This document shows positions 8,330 through 17,988 of a stretch of 32,000 nucleotides of DNA, one piece after another (the stretch's first letter is position 1; each line of letters begins with the position of its first letter). Under the pieces are notes generated by a model. That model made no database searches, was not told where the DNA came from, and saw only the letters and a program-made list of their open reading frames with translations. Made by a program: the position numbers and the translations under genes. The stretch lies in NCBI RefSeq assembly GCF_000018105.1, contig NC_009925.1:5310001-5342000 (forward strand), given 5' to 3'. This DNA is from Acaryochloris marina MBIC11017. GTDB lineage: Bacteria > Cyanobacteriota > Cyanobacteriia > Thermosynechococcales > Thermosynechococcaceae.

Positions 8330-9781
8330 ATGAGCTATGTTCCTAGACTACTCTACAGAACACCATCAGCATTTTTACTTGGATTGATTGCATGCAACAT
8401 CGTTGCTATTGAACCAGCAACAGCTGAACCCCTTTTATCGCAATCAATTCTTTCAGGAGAACAAAATTCAAATGCTAATTACCTTTTTCAGCAAGGTATT
8501 AAGCAGTTTGAAGTTCGCCAATACCAAGCTGCCTTAGAATCATGGTTAAAAGCACTAAAAATTTACCAAGCTCTCAAGAGTGATGACGGTGAACTAAAGA
8601 CTCGGAACAATCTAGGGCTTACCTACTCTAATTTAGGCCAGCACAACAAGGCTATTGAGTTCTATGGACAGTCACTAGCAATTGCACAAAAAATTGGAGA
8701 CCATAATTCTGAAGCTAATTTACTCAACAATTTGGGTTTAGCTTATTACTCACAAAAGCAATATCTCAAGGCCATTAGCTATCACAAGAAATCATTAATC
8801 ACTGCCAATCAAGGTAGTATTGAAAATATTAAAGCTGACATATTAAATAACCTGGGCAATGCTTCATATGCAAATCAAGGATATAGAGAAGCTTTTAGGT
8901 ATTATCTCAAATCTTTAGAACTCCAGAAAAAGACCGGTAATCGTGAGGCTGAAGCAAAAGCCCTTAACAATCTAGGAAATTCAGCATATGCATTGGGTGA
9001 GTATCAGAAATCGATAGATTTTTATGAAAAATTTATTGCTATTAGAAATAGTGCGAAGCAAGACACAACCCTATTTTCTAACTTAGGAAATGCTTATACT
9101 TCAGTCGGTCAATACTCTAAAGCAATTGAACAGTACCAGCAACTGTTAGCACTCATTGGCAAGACAGATAATGAAGCTAAGGCTAAAGTTTTAAACGACA
9201 TCGGCAATGTCTTTTTTTCGTTAGGCGAATTCGAAAAATCAACGGCATACTATCAAAAGCTTTTAGAAGTTACACGTAAACTCGGTAACAAAGAAAGTGA
9301 AGCAAAGGCTTTCAATAATCTGGGGCTTGCATCATATTCTCTGGAAAAATACCAAAAAGCTTTGGAATACTATCAACAAGCTTTGGCTATCACTCGCCAA
9401 CTTAGCAATACAAAAAGTGAAGTAAAAACTCTCAATAATCTGGGGCTTGTGTCATATTCTTTAAAAAAATACCCAAAGGCAATTGAATATTACTTACAGT
9501 CCTTGACCATTGCTCGTCAAACGGGTGAACAAGCAATCGAGGTAAATTCTTTGCATAATTTAGGCAATGCTACCTATGCATTAGGTCAATATGCAAAAGC
9601 ACTTGAATACTATCAGCAGTCCTTATCAGTTGCTCGGCAGCTTGGCGATTATAAAGTTGAAGTTTCTTCATTGAACAGCTTGGGTAACACGTATGATTCT
9701 CTTGGTCAGTATCAAAAAGCTATTGAATTCTATCGCCAAGCTTCAGAATTAAAACAGACAAAATTAGGAGAAAAACAATAG
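8330..9781 (+). CDS. exported tetratricopeptide (TPR) repeat protein
   Basis: N-terminal hydrophobic signal-like segment followed by about 10 units with 40-aa periodicity (...NNLGxxYxxLGQYxKAIEYYQQSLxIARQ...). Confidence 0.85.
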   Translation: MSYVPRLLYRTPSAFLLGLIACNIVAIEPATAEPLLSQSILSGEQNSNANYLFQQGIKQFEVRQYQAALESWLKALKIYQALKSDDGELKTRNNLGLTYSNLGQHNKAIEFYGQSLAIAQKIGDHNSEANLLNNLGLAYYSQKQYLKAISYHKKSLITANQGSIENIKADILNNLGNASYANQGYREAFRYYLKSLELQKKTGNREAEAKALNNLGNSAYALGEYQKSIDFYEKFIAIRNSAKQDTTLFSNLGNAYTSVGQYSKAIEQYQQLLALIGKTDNEAKAKVLNDIGNVFFSLGEFEKSTAYYQKLLEVTRKLGNKESEAKAFNNLGLASYSLEKYQKALEYYQQALAITRQLSNTKSEVKTLNNLGLVSYSLKKYPKAIEYYLQSLTIARQTGEQAIEVNSLHNLGNATYALGQYAKALEYYQQSLSVARQLGDYKVEVSSLNSLGNTYDSLGQYQKAIEFYRQASELKQTKLGEKQ

Positions 9782-9967
9782 ACACTTGTTTCGATATGCT
9801 TATTGTTTGTAGTTCGATTCGGTCATAAACATCAATCTAATACTGTGAACGTAAAACTATCCAATTAAGGTGTTGTGGGAATCTCAGAATCCTTTTTTAG
9901 CTGGTATTAAAGTCATTTCTAGAAGTGTGGGTTAGCCTGGGATTGTAAAATTATTCCGGGAGGGGGT

Positions 9968-11434
9968 ATGAATACTGATCAGAAAGCCCTCTATAAAAGG
10001 ATTAAAGCCTTTTCAGTCGATCACTCTAATAGTGAATTTCCATTTAGTCAGCGCTTGGCCCAGGAAAATGGTTGGTCGATTGACCAAACTCAACAAGCCA
10101 TCAGCGAGTACAAAAAGTTCACTTTTTTAGCAGTTGTGGCTGATCATCCCGTTGCCCCTTCTGATCCTGTTGATCAAGTCTGGCATCTACACCTGCTTTA
10201 CACCCACTCTTATTGGGATGAGTTTTGCCCCAACATTTTGCAGCAATCCCTCCATCATGGTCCGACCCAAGGAGGGAGAACAGAACAGGCAAAATTTCAG
10301 GATTGGTATGCAAAAACCCTTAGCAGCTATGTAACCTTCTTTGGCGAACCTCCCAGCAACATCTGGCCATCCCCTGAAGAGCGATTTAAAACCCACACTG
10401 CCTTCGTCCGAGTCGATACCAATTCTTCATGGATTCTGCCAAAACTCTGGTCGACTCTCAACCTGAGTTGGCTTATTCCTTGTGCGATTGTACTGCTGGG
10501 GTTAACGGCTTATACGCCTCTGTCGTCCATAAATACGTGGAATCCTCTTAACTTTAATGGCCCTGAGTTTCTTCGCTTTTACCTTGTGGTCATAGCAGTG
10601 GGTATCGCCACTGCACTGAGCCTGCGTTTCCATCTGCAACAACCTGAACCCATTGGCTCTGCTTCACCAAAACTTGATATCTATGAGGCCGCATATCTAG
10701 CGGAGGGGAGTTATCGAGCTGTTAATACTGCAATTGTAAATCTTGTGCAGCGGGGGCAAGTACAGCTAGACAAGCAGTCTCGATCTTTAGAGTTACTAGC
10801 AAACTCCCATGAAAGCAATCATGCTTTGGAACAGGCGATTCAGCAAGCGATTGCAACGGATAACAACATCGAGCATGTTCAAACATCTGTTCTACCGATC
10901 GCCATGGAAATTTCTCAAGATCTTGAAGGCCGGGGCATTCTTTTAAATGAGAGACAATCCAAACAGTTTCGACTCTATCCTGCAAGTGTAATCTTTACAG
11001 TTCTGTTACTGGGAGCCGGTAAATGTTTCATTGGGATTGAACGTCATAAACCGATTGGCTACCTTATGCTGTTATGTTTGGCGTTGCTGTATATAGGCTT
11101 TATGTTTCTAGCCGAGCGATTCCTTTATCGCAGCCGATTGGGTAACCGTCTTCTCAATGCCTTACGGACACAATACTCACACTTTAGACGGAATACAAAA
11201 GCTGAAGAATCATCCCAAAGCTTACCGGAACATGTAATGGCTTTTGCTTTATTTGGTTCGAGCGTATTGGCTGGAAGTTCGTTGGCAGATATAGGCAAAG
11301 TCTTAGTACCTAAACCCAGATTTAGCAATTCTATTGGAGGCGGTGGCAACTGTGGGGGAGGGTGTGGTAGTGGATGTGGGGGAGGCTGTGGAGGCGGTTG
11401 TGGAGGCGGTTGTGGGGGCTGCGGGGGAGGTTAA
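9968..11434 (+). CDS. membrane protein: DUF1399/GRDP-like N-domain + TIGR04222-like domain + C-terminal (GGGC)n tail
   Basis: Four elements in order:
- N-terminal DQVWHLHLLYTHSYWDEFC, a motif of glycine-rich-domain proteins
- TM segments
- LDIYEAAYLAEGSYRAVNTAIVNLVQRGQVQL, which resembles the TIGR04222 core
- more TM segments, then a tail GGGGNCGGGCGSGCGGGCGGGCGGGCGGCGGG. Confidence 0.7.
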   Translation: MNTDQKALYKRIKAFSVDHSNSEFPFSQRLAQENGWSIDQTQQAISEYKKFTFLAVVADHPVAPSDPVDQVWHLHLLYTHSYWDEFCPNILQQSLHHGPTQGGRTEQAKFQDWYAKTLSSYVTFFGEPPSNIWPSPEERFKTHTAFVRVDTNSSWILPKLWSTLNLSWLIPCAIVLLGLTAYTPLSSINTWNPLNFNGPEFLRFYLVVIAVGIATALSLRFHLQQPEPIGSASPKLDIYEAAYLAEGSYRAVNTAIVNLVQRGQVQLDKQSRSLELLANSHESNHALEQAIQQAIATDNNIEHVQTSVLPIAMEISQDLEGRGILLNERQSKQFRLYPASVIFTVLLLGAGKCFIGIERHKPIGYLMLLCLALLYIGFMFLAERFLYRSRLGNRLLNALRTQYSHFRRNTKAEESSQSLPEHVMAFALFGSSVLAGSSLADIGKVLVPKPRFSNSIGGGGNCGGGCGSGCGGGCGGGCGGGCGGCGGG

Positions 11435-11442
11435 GTTTTTAG

Positions 11443-11601
11443 CTATTCTCCAAACAGCCAGGCAAAAAGACCAAGAACTAGACCCGCCGTTAACAGCTTG
11501 GGAATGCTCAGAGCGTGAAAGGCATCAATGGGCCAAAACAGCATCATTTTGGTGATTTGAATGCTAATTGCTAAAAGGACAATAAAAACAACAGCAGGCA
11601 T
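11443..11601 (-). CDS. unlisted small membrane protein, 52 aa (MPAVVFIVLLAISIQITKMMLFWPIDAFHALSIPKLLTAGLVLGLFAWLFGE)
   Basis: Hand-translated, since it is below the ORF-track length cutoff. ATG at 11601 is preceded by GAGGGGAAGT. It has two hydrophobic helices and lies 59 nt downstream of the M48 peptidase gene on the same strand. Confidence 0.4.
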   Translation of the reverse strand: MPAVVFIVLLAISIQITKMMLFWPIDAFHALSIPKLLTAGLVLGLFAWLFGE

Positions 11602-11660
11602 ACTTCCCCTCGGTTACTGCAGGTTTGCAACTTCAATGTAAGTGAGTTCAAGTCGGTTCT

Positions 11661-13607
11661 TTATTTTGGCTCTGATGGCTCAGTCGTTGCTGGTTGATTT
11701 GTTAAAACCGGATCAGAGGTTGGATCTTCTACAGATGACTTAGGTGTATTCTCCTTAGGGTTAGTTTGTGGTTCTTCGACTGATGGAACCCCTTTTGGTG
11801 GGGAAGTAGCAGGGGATTTCGATTCCGTATCAGAGTTGGTATCGTTTTTGGTATCGCTATCGGTTGGAGGGGTATCACTCTCAGATTGATCCGAAGATTC
11901 TGCTGATTGTTCCTCCTCCTTGGCTTTTTTTAGTTCGGCTCGCACCAACGCTTGAATCCGCTGATGCTCCTCAATACCTTCATAGGCATAGCGATTATAG
12001 CCATTATCCGTAATTAAAGTTTCGAGGTACTGAACCCGCTCCAGACTACCCGGATGAGTCGAGAACCACGGGGCAACAAAGGGTTTATCTTCCTTACTTA
12101 AGGTCACCATCAAATTGCGAAGACCATCTGCTGCATAGTTCGCAGATGCTAACAAGCGAGTTCCTAAAACATCTGCCTGTCGTTCCATCTCCCGGCTATA
12201 GTCAGCCACTACTACGCTAGTAAATAATCCACCGACATAAGGGATTAATCGAGTCAGTCCACCAGCTTCAGCGCTCTCCGTGGCAATTTGAAATCCATGG
12301 GAGAGGACTGCATGGGACAGTTCATGGGCAATTAATCCCGCTAACTCAGCTTCCGAGTTGCTTTTGAGGATGGCGCCGCCATTAATAAAGATTTTCCCTC
12401 CTGGTAATGCGAAGGCATTGAGCTTCTCATTGTTGACGACATAAAACTGATAATTGAATTCCCGTCCGGCTATTGGCGTTAGTTTTTGGGCAATTCGATC
12501 CACATAGGCTTGAACTTCTGGGTTTTCAATCAGAGGGAGTTGGCGTTTGGCACGATCTGCGATCGCATCTCCCACTGCCGACTCTCCCCTCAACAACAGA
12601 ATAGAAGTCTGCAAAGCGGACAAACCAGGTATCGGGCTCCCTGTAATCGCAATCCCCAAAGCCCCTGTGATAAAACTACCAATCGTATTATTCGTAATCT
12701 GTGTACGCAGACGGGCCCGGAACCGATCCTGATACTCTTCCGATAAGCGTACAAACTCCGAGGCTTCTGTATGATCTGGATTCAATAGCGAAAACTGGCG
12801 GGCCGTGATCGAAGCCTCTAGCCATTGTTTAGCCCGAGTTTGCTGTTGCATGAGTCCTTTTTGCAACTCAGGTTGATTGGGATAAAGCGCAGCAGCCCGC
12901 GCCATTACCCCTAAAGCCTCATCATCTTTGCCATCCGCAACCAGTTCCTCTGCCAGTCGTAAATGCCCAGGTACAAATTCGGGATACTCCTTCACCAGCA
13001 GTCTCAGGGGCACAAAAATTCTTGTTTTTAGCTGGAGTTCCGAACCGGCTTGGGCTTCTCGCCAATACACCCGCCCACCAGGTGGCAATTGGGCTGGATC
13101 CTGTATCGGCTCAGCTGGAGGTTCAGCCATTGCACGATCTGAGAATGGGCGTTTCACCTGCTGATAGAGAGCTGTAGCAGCTTCGATTTGACCCGATTGA
13201 TACAGCCGATCAGCCTCGATCAACACCTTTAGCCTAGCTTCTTCCTCCGGAGACTTTAATGTTTGATCATCTGCCTCACCTTTATCAAACCCCGTATCTA
13301 TCTGATCAGATGCTTCACCAGGTTCAGCTAAGGATGGTTCGGAGGGAGCATCGGCTGTCTCTTCAGGCTGAGATAGATTACGATTGGCCTGAGCTACAGC
13401 TAAAGTCGAGGTTGAACTATCAGGCTGACTCCAGGGTGGAGAAGATAAATGGATATGTTTGGATGGTTGGCGCGAACTGATCTCTGAAGCTTCTGATAAG
13501 ACAGGCAATAATTTAACCTGCTCAATCGCTACCCCATTCGTAGCTCCACTCACAAGGGAACTAACAACGGTCAGAAACAGACAGGATCTAAAAGCAACGA
13601 AGGCCAT
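11661..13607 (-). CDS. M48-family zinc metallopeptidase with N-terminal TPR-like region and acidic low-complexity tail
   Basis: Signal peptide, HExxH in LIAHELSHAVLSHG, and a downstream REMERQADVLG (third-ligand Glu context). TPR-like helices precede the catalytic region. The C-terminal tail of about 90 aa is rich in S/D/E/T/P. Confidence 0.85.
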   Translation of the reverse strand: MAFVAFRSCLFLTVVSSLVSGATNGVAIEQVKLLPVLSEASEISSRQPSKHIHLSSPPWSQPDSSTSTLAVAQANRNLSQPEETADAPSEPSLAEPGEASDQIDTGFDKGEADDQTLKSPEEEARLKVLIEADRLYQSGQIEAATALYQQVKRPFSDRAMAEPPAEPIQDPAQLPPGGRVYWREAQAGSELQLKTRIFVPLRLLVKEYPEFVPGHLRLAEELVADGKDDEALGVMARAAALYPNQPELQKGLMQQQTRAKQWLEASITARQFSLLNPDHTEASEFVRLSEEYQDRFRARLRTQITNNTIGSFITGALGIAITGSPIPGLSALQTSILLLRGESAVGDAIADRAKRQLPLIENPEVQAYVDRIAQKLTPIAGREFNYQFYVVNNEKLNAFALPGGKIFINGGAILKSNSEAELAGLIAHELSHAVLSHGFQIATESAEAGGLTRLIPYVGGLFTSVVVADYSREMERQADVLGTRLLASANYAADGLRNLMVTLSKEDKPFVAPWFSTHPGSLERVQYLETLITDNGYNRYAYEGIEEHQRIQALVRAELKKAKEEEQSAESSDQSESDTPPTDSDTKNDTNSDTESKSPATSPPKGVPSVEEPQTNPKENTPKSSVEDPTSDPVLTNQPATTEPSEPK

Positions 13608-13768
13608 ACTGCCTATAATATTAACGGCAACGAATGCTCTCTTCTAAAGCGCGATCTACACCAGCATTGGGTCAAGACAGTCAACAGAGATAGAGAGATC
13701 ATCACAACCCCATCCAATGGGCCACTCAGATTTCCTAAGTATATGCTCTTAAATGGATGAAAATTATT

Positions 13769-14104
13769 TTATACCTGGCTATATCCAAAGTTTAGAGTCA
13801 GCTTTCGTAAGGTAGCCATCCACATATCGGGTGGATCGCAATAACGCTCTAGCTGAATAATCTGGTAGTGACTAGCGCTGCCCAAACCAGAGATCTCAAT
13901 ATAGTCTCCAGGCTTGACACCGTCTCTTTGGGTCGTCATGTAATAAAGACTTTGATCCGGCGAGGCCTCTAACACAAACTGATTATTGACATCTCGCCAA
14001 AGATATTGGTGCCACTTGCGTCCCGCTGCAAGGCATTGATAAGGATATGAGCGACTTCGATTCGTCAATTTACTCAATTTGACTTGAAGGGCATGAAGGC
14101 TCAT
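13769..14104 (-). CDS. hypothetical protein (111 aa)
   Basis: ATG ORF with non-repetitive, globular-looking composition, divergent from lepA. No family recognised. Confidence 0.5.
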   Translation of the reverse strand: MSLHALQVKLSKLTNRSRSYPYQCLAAGRKWHQYLWRDVNNQFVLEASPDQSLYYMTTQRDGVKPGDYIEISGLGSASHYQIIQLERYCDPPDMWMATLRKLTLNFGYSQV

Positions 14105-14672
14105 GTAATATCTCCACTGAAAAATTGCTCAAAGCAAACCATATTTGTATTCTAGAGAACCATCGTGAAAAAGCTGTGAACGGGTATAGCGTTATTTTCT
14201 ATTGATAAGCAAAAAATATTTCCTCCTAATCTACATACCATAGAATCTACCTACAGATAGGATTTATTTCTGAAGAGAGGTTGAATAATCTGGTAAGTTT
14301 TCTTACACAGAAATTGTCTCTAGCCTTTATATACAAAGCACATAAGTACATTAATTGACCATCCAGTTCTAAAAAACAGCTAATATTGATTCTTTACAAA
14401 TAACGTTAATCAATCAAGCATTGTTAGTCTTGACCAAACAAGATTGCATAACTCTAAAAATTCGATCAGATCCTCTTTCTCTTAAGATTTATTTAATCTA
14501 AATGTTACGATTTCATTATTTTTAAGAAAAAATGGGTTTTTGAAGAATGTGGTGAATTGCTTGAAAAATTCCCACGTCCTTAGCCCGCTCCATTCGGTGG
14601 ACTGGATTAAGAAGGATTACAATTCATTCATAAGATGCCGCGATTATTCTGCTAAGGACTGGCCAAATTTCC

Positions 14673-16484
14673 ATGACTGATGTTCCTGTCTCTCGTATTC
14701 GAAATTTTTCCATCATTGCCCACATTGACCACGGGAAGTCGACCCTAGCGGATCGCCTGTTGCAAACCACCGGCACTGTGGCAGATCGAGAGATGAAAGA
14801 ACAGTTTCTCGACAATATGGAACTAGAGCGAGAGCGAGGAATTACGATTAAGCTCCAAGCGGCTCGTATGGCCTACCAAGCATCTGACAAGGAAGATTAC
14901 GTCCTTAATTTGATTGATACTCCTGGGCATGTTGATTTCTCCTATGAAGTCTCCCGATCTCTGGCCGCCTGTGAAGGTGCTTTGTTGGTGGTAGATGCGT
15001 CTCAAGGGGTAGAAGCACAAACGTTAGCCAATGTTTATCTCGCCATCGAACATGACTTAGAAATCATTCCCGTCCTCAACAAAATTGATTTACCCGGCGC
15101 TGAACCGGATCGGGTCAAGCAAGAGATTGAAGAGATTGTTGGCTTGGACTGTAGCGGAGCCATTCTGGCATCTGCCAAAACCGGAATCGGCATTGCAGAA
15201 ATTCTGGAATCCATCGTCCATTTGGTCCCCCCACCGGAAGATACAACTCAAGAGCCTTTGCGAGCCTTGATTTTTGATAGCTATTACGATCTATATCGAG
15301 GAGTCGTGGTTTATTTCCGCGTGATGGATGGCACCGTCAAAAAAGGCGATCGCGTTCGCCTAATGGCATCCGGCAAGGAATACGACGTTGATGAATTAGG
15401 GGTACTGTCCCCCACCCAAGTTCAAGTGGACGAATTGCATGCTGGGGAAGTGGGTTACTTTGCTGCTGCGATTAAAGCCGTTGAAGATGCCCGAGTCGGT
15501 GACACAATTACCCTAGCCAAAGCCCAAGCAGCTGAACCACTACCTGGCTATGTAGAAGCTAAACCCATGGTATTTTGCGGCATGTTTCCCACCGATGCCG
15601 ATCAATTCCCAGATTTACGAGATGCTTTAGAACGTCTCAAACTCAATGATGCGGCGTTGAATTATGAACCAGAAACCTCTAGTGCCATGGGATTTGGGTT
15701 TCGGTGCGGGTTCTTAGGCCTCCTACATATGGAGATCGTGCAAGAACGCTTGGAGCGAGAATATAACTTGGATTTGATCATTACGGCTCCCTCGGTGGTT
15801 TATCGGATCACAACCCTAAAAGGCGAAACCTTGCTGATCGATAACCCTAGTTCCCTCCCAGACCCTCAACATCGCGAAAAAATCGAGGAACCGTTTGTTC
15901 AGGTCGATATGATTACCCCTGAAGAATATGTCGGCACTCTGATGGAGCTAGGGCAGAGCCGTCGCGGTACCTTCAAGGATATGAAATATCTCACCCCAGG
16001 GCGAACGACCCTGGTGTACGAGTTGCCCTTAGCTGAAGTGGTCACTGACTTCTTTGATCAGATGAAGTCTCGTTCTCGCGGATATGCCAGCATGGAATAC
16101 CATTTGATTGGCTATCGTGAAAATCCCCTGGTCAAGCTAGATATATTGATTAACGCCGATCCCGTTGACTCCCTAGCGGCGATTGTCCATCGAGATAAGG
16201 CTTATTATACAGGGCGCGCTTTGGTGAGTAAGCTACGAGAGTTGATTCCCAGACATCAATTTAAGATTCCGATACAAGCTGCGATTGGAGCTAAGGTGAT
16301 TGCCAGTGAAAGCATTCCAGCGCTTAGGAAAGACGTATTAGCGAAATGCTATGGTGGCGACGTTTCTCGAAAGCGCAAGCTCCTAGAAAAGCAAAAGGCA
16401 GGTAAAAAGCGAATGAAGTCCGTAGGAAGAGTTGATGTTCCTCAAGAAGCCTTTATGGCTGTTCTGAGGATTACGGATGAATAA
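14673..16484 (+). CDS. lepA: translation elongation factor 4 (LepA)
   Basis: [22 protein letters not shown] (G1), DTPGHVDF (G3), NKIDL (G4), and the LepA-specific C-terminus ...[25 protein letters not shown]. 603 aa. Confidence 0.97.
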   Translation: MTDVPVSRIRNFSIIAHIDHGKSTLADRLLQTTGTVADREMKEQFLDNMELERERGITIKLQAARMAYQASDKEDYVLNLIDTPGHVDFSYEVSRSLAACEGALLVVDASQGVEAQTLANVYLAIEHDLEIIPVLNKIDLPGAEPDRVKQEIEEIVGLDCSGAILASAKTGIGIAEILESIVHLVPPPEDTTQEPLRALIFDSYYDLYRGVVVYFRVMDGTVKKGDRVRLMASGKEYDVDELGVLSPTQVQVDELHAGEVGYFAAAIKAVEDARVGDTITLAKAQAAEPLPGYVEAKPMVFCGMFPTDADQFPDLRDALERLKLNDAALNYEPETSSAMGFGFRCGFLGLLHMEIVQERLEREYNLDLIITAPSVVYRITTLKGETLLIDNPSSLPDPQHREKIEEPFVQVDMITPEEYVGTLMELGQSRRGTFKDMKYLTPGRTTLVYELPLAEVVTDFFDQMKSRSRGYASMEYHLIGYRENPLVKLDILINADPVDSLAAIVHRDKAYYTGRALVSKLRELIPRHQFKIPIQAAIGAKVIASESIPALRKDVLAKCYGGDVSRKRKLLEKQKAGKKRMKSVGRVDVPQEAFMAVLRITDE

Positions 16485-16510
16485 ATTCAATTTCCTCCCA
16501 GAACAGGAAA

Positions 16511-16536
16511 GCCCCTAGCAAATAATTTCTAGGGGC
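16511..16536 (+). terminator. possible lepA terminator hairpin (no U-tract)
   Basis: 8-bp stem gcccctag/ctaggggc with a 10-nt loop, 27 nt after the lepA stop, followed by AGCTATGG rather than a T run. Confidence 0.3.
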
Positions 16537-16699
16537 AGCTATGGCTTATCAACCTACTCAGGATGCCCATTTTTAGGTAGCTTTGGCGCTTTACAAACAA
16601 AAAAAGTTTGGAGTCAGTATCAATTTTTTTTGATGCTTTGGCTATAATCCAGTTAGTTTGATGGGGGACGTCAGCCCATATTTTGATGCATATTAGCGC

Positions 16700-17170
16700 T
16701 TATCGTTGAAACCATGCGGTCAGGGCAACTGCTAGAGCATCTGCCGCGTCATCTGGCCGAGGCAAGCAATCTAAGCAGAGTTCTCTGGCAACGGCTTCTT
16801 GCACAGCAACTTTATCTGCTGCGCCATATCCAGTTAGAGCCAACTTAATCTGGGCCGGCGTGTATTCAATAATGGGAAGCTGATGCTGTGCTAAGACCAG
16901 CAAGACAACCCCACGAGCTTGAGCCACCAAAATCGTATTGCCCATACGATAGAAGAAAAGTTTTTCTATCGCCACCACATCAGGCTGATGGGTGTTGAGA
17001 ACTTGATGTAAGTCCTCATAAATAATCTGCAATCGTTTCCCAATATCTGTTTTGGCTGGTGTTTGAATAATTCCGAAGTCAAGGAGTTCAAGGTTATCAG
17101 ACTCTGTACAAATCACCCCGAAGCCTAAGGACGCTAATCCCGGATCTAAACCCAAAATCTTTTTTGTCAC
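16700..17170 (-). CDS. ruvC: crossover junction endodeoxyribonuclease RuvC
   Basis: [16 protein letters not shown]..., VAIEKLFF, ...[21 protein letters not shown]..., [11 protein letters not shown] prefer the GTG at 17170 ([11 protein letters not shown]), which gives about 156 aa. The longest ORF reaches 17221. Confidence 0.9.
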   Translation of the reverse strand: MTKKILGLDPGLASLGFGVICTESDNLELLDFGIIQTPAKTDIGKRLQIIYEDLHQVLNTHQPDVVAIEKLFFYRMGNTILVAQARGVVLLVLAQHQLPIIEYTPAQIKLALTGYGAADKVAVQEAVARELCLDCLPRPDDAADALAVALTAWFQR

Positions 17171-17389
17171 TATTGATAGAGCAGCCTTTAAGCACAACGT
17201 ATGACAATAGGCTACAGTCATGAGGGCTTCAGAATAGGTTTACGCCCCACATTGGCCTCGATTCTCTATCCTAGGATTCTTATAATAGTAAGGCGTTATG
17301 TCATTAACTGACCTTCAACTTGTATAGGAGCAGTCTGTACTGTTTCAGCTTGATTTTTACCTTCCTTATAGAAACCCATAGAAACCGGA

Positions 17390-17980
17390 ATGACTTTCCC
17401 TATCTATCTCAGCCTTATCCCTTTACAGACTCCTTTGATTGCGGGCTTTTTTTTACCCATTGATGGCCTCTTCTCCACCCAAGGGGTAATGGTGATGCTT
17501 TTAGCTGCCTATGCTGGGGCCATGTGGATGTTCCTGTCGAGTGCGCCCAAGGTGCATACTCTGATGGTGTCAGATCTAGAATTAGCCCGCCAGTTTTTTG
17601 AAGGAGAGCTGCAGTTACGAACGGCAGAAGTCCCCCTTCACTACTACTACAACTATGAGCAAACCTTAGGCCTATCAGGGATAGATCCTCTCTATATGTC
17701 TACGGACTTTGGCCGACCAGCTATGCAGCAATTAAGCGGAACGGATGGCTTTTGGTATCAACTCAAAAAAAATGTCCAGTTGCATGTGATTGGTGGTGCA
17801 AGTATTGGGGACAAAAATAGACAGCGTCATGTTTGCTTTGACCATGACTGCCTAGAGCAGATTTTGATGAAGGTGCAAACCCGCTATGTGAAATATAAGA
17901 TTCGGCGTGAAAAACCACTAAACTTCTTAGTTAAGACCTACGAAGGTGCTGTAATAGAATTTGCAGAAGTTTCTAATTAG
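17390..17980 (+). CDS. hypothetical membrane-anchored protein with VOC (glyoxalase-like) resemblance
   Basis: N-terminal hydrophobic segments, then [21 protein letters not shown]...[12 protein letters not shown]..., reminiscent of a VOC beta-alpha-beta-beta-beta module. It ends 8 nt before menB. The start codon is uncertain. Confidence 0.45.
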   Translation: MTFPIYLSLIPLQTPLIAGFFLPIDGLFSTQGVMVMLLAAYAGAMWMFLSSAPKVHTLMVSDLELARQFFEGELQLRTAEVPLHYYYNYEQTLGLSGIDPLYMSTDFGRPAMQQLSGTDGFWYQLKKNVQLHVIGGASIGDKNRQRHVCFDHDCLEQILMKVQTRYVKYKIRREKPLNFLVKTYEGAVIEFAEVSN

Positions 17981-17988
17981 CGCAAGTC

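Noticed and set aside
11335-11434. G-rich tail-coding DNA as a potential G-quadruplex.
   Set aside because: Runs of G3-5 are present, but most are separated by loops longer than 7 nt. Only pairs of runs are close, so a canonical four-run G4 is not evident by eye.
10119-11555. Several 64-87 aa ORFs antisense to or out of frame with the TIGR04222-like gene. These include 11334-11555, which reads the Gly-Cys tail as MEAVATVGEGVVVD...
   Set aside because: They are frame artefacts of a G-rich repeat and of a membrane-protein gene, and all are contained in or overlap stronger calls.
12486-13647. Plus-strand ORFs (61-86 aa) opposite the M48 peptidase gene.
   Set aside because: They are antisense to a gene with HExxH and a full-length frame, and carry no motifs.
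14624-15270. Short ORFs overlapping the 5' part of lepA.
   Set aside because: They are antisense or alternative frames of an unambiguous lepA.
17222-17389. Search for a cyanobacterial LexA box (RGTACNNNDGTWCB) upstream of ruvC, and for NtcA sites (GTAN8TAC) upstream of the transporters.
   Set aside because: The nearest candidates, such as tgtactgtttcag at about 17333, violate several consensus positions. Nothing is worth reporting.
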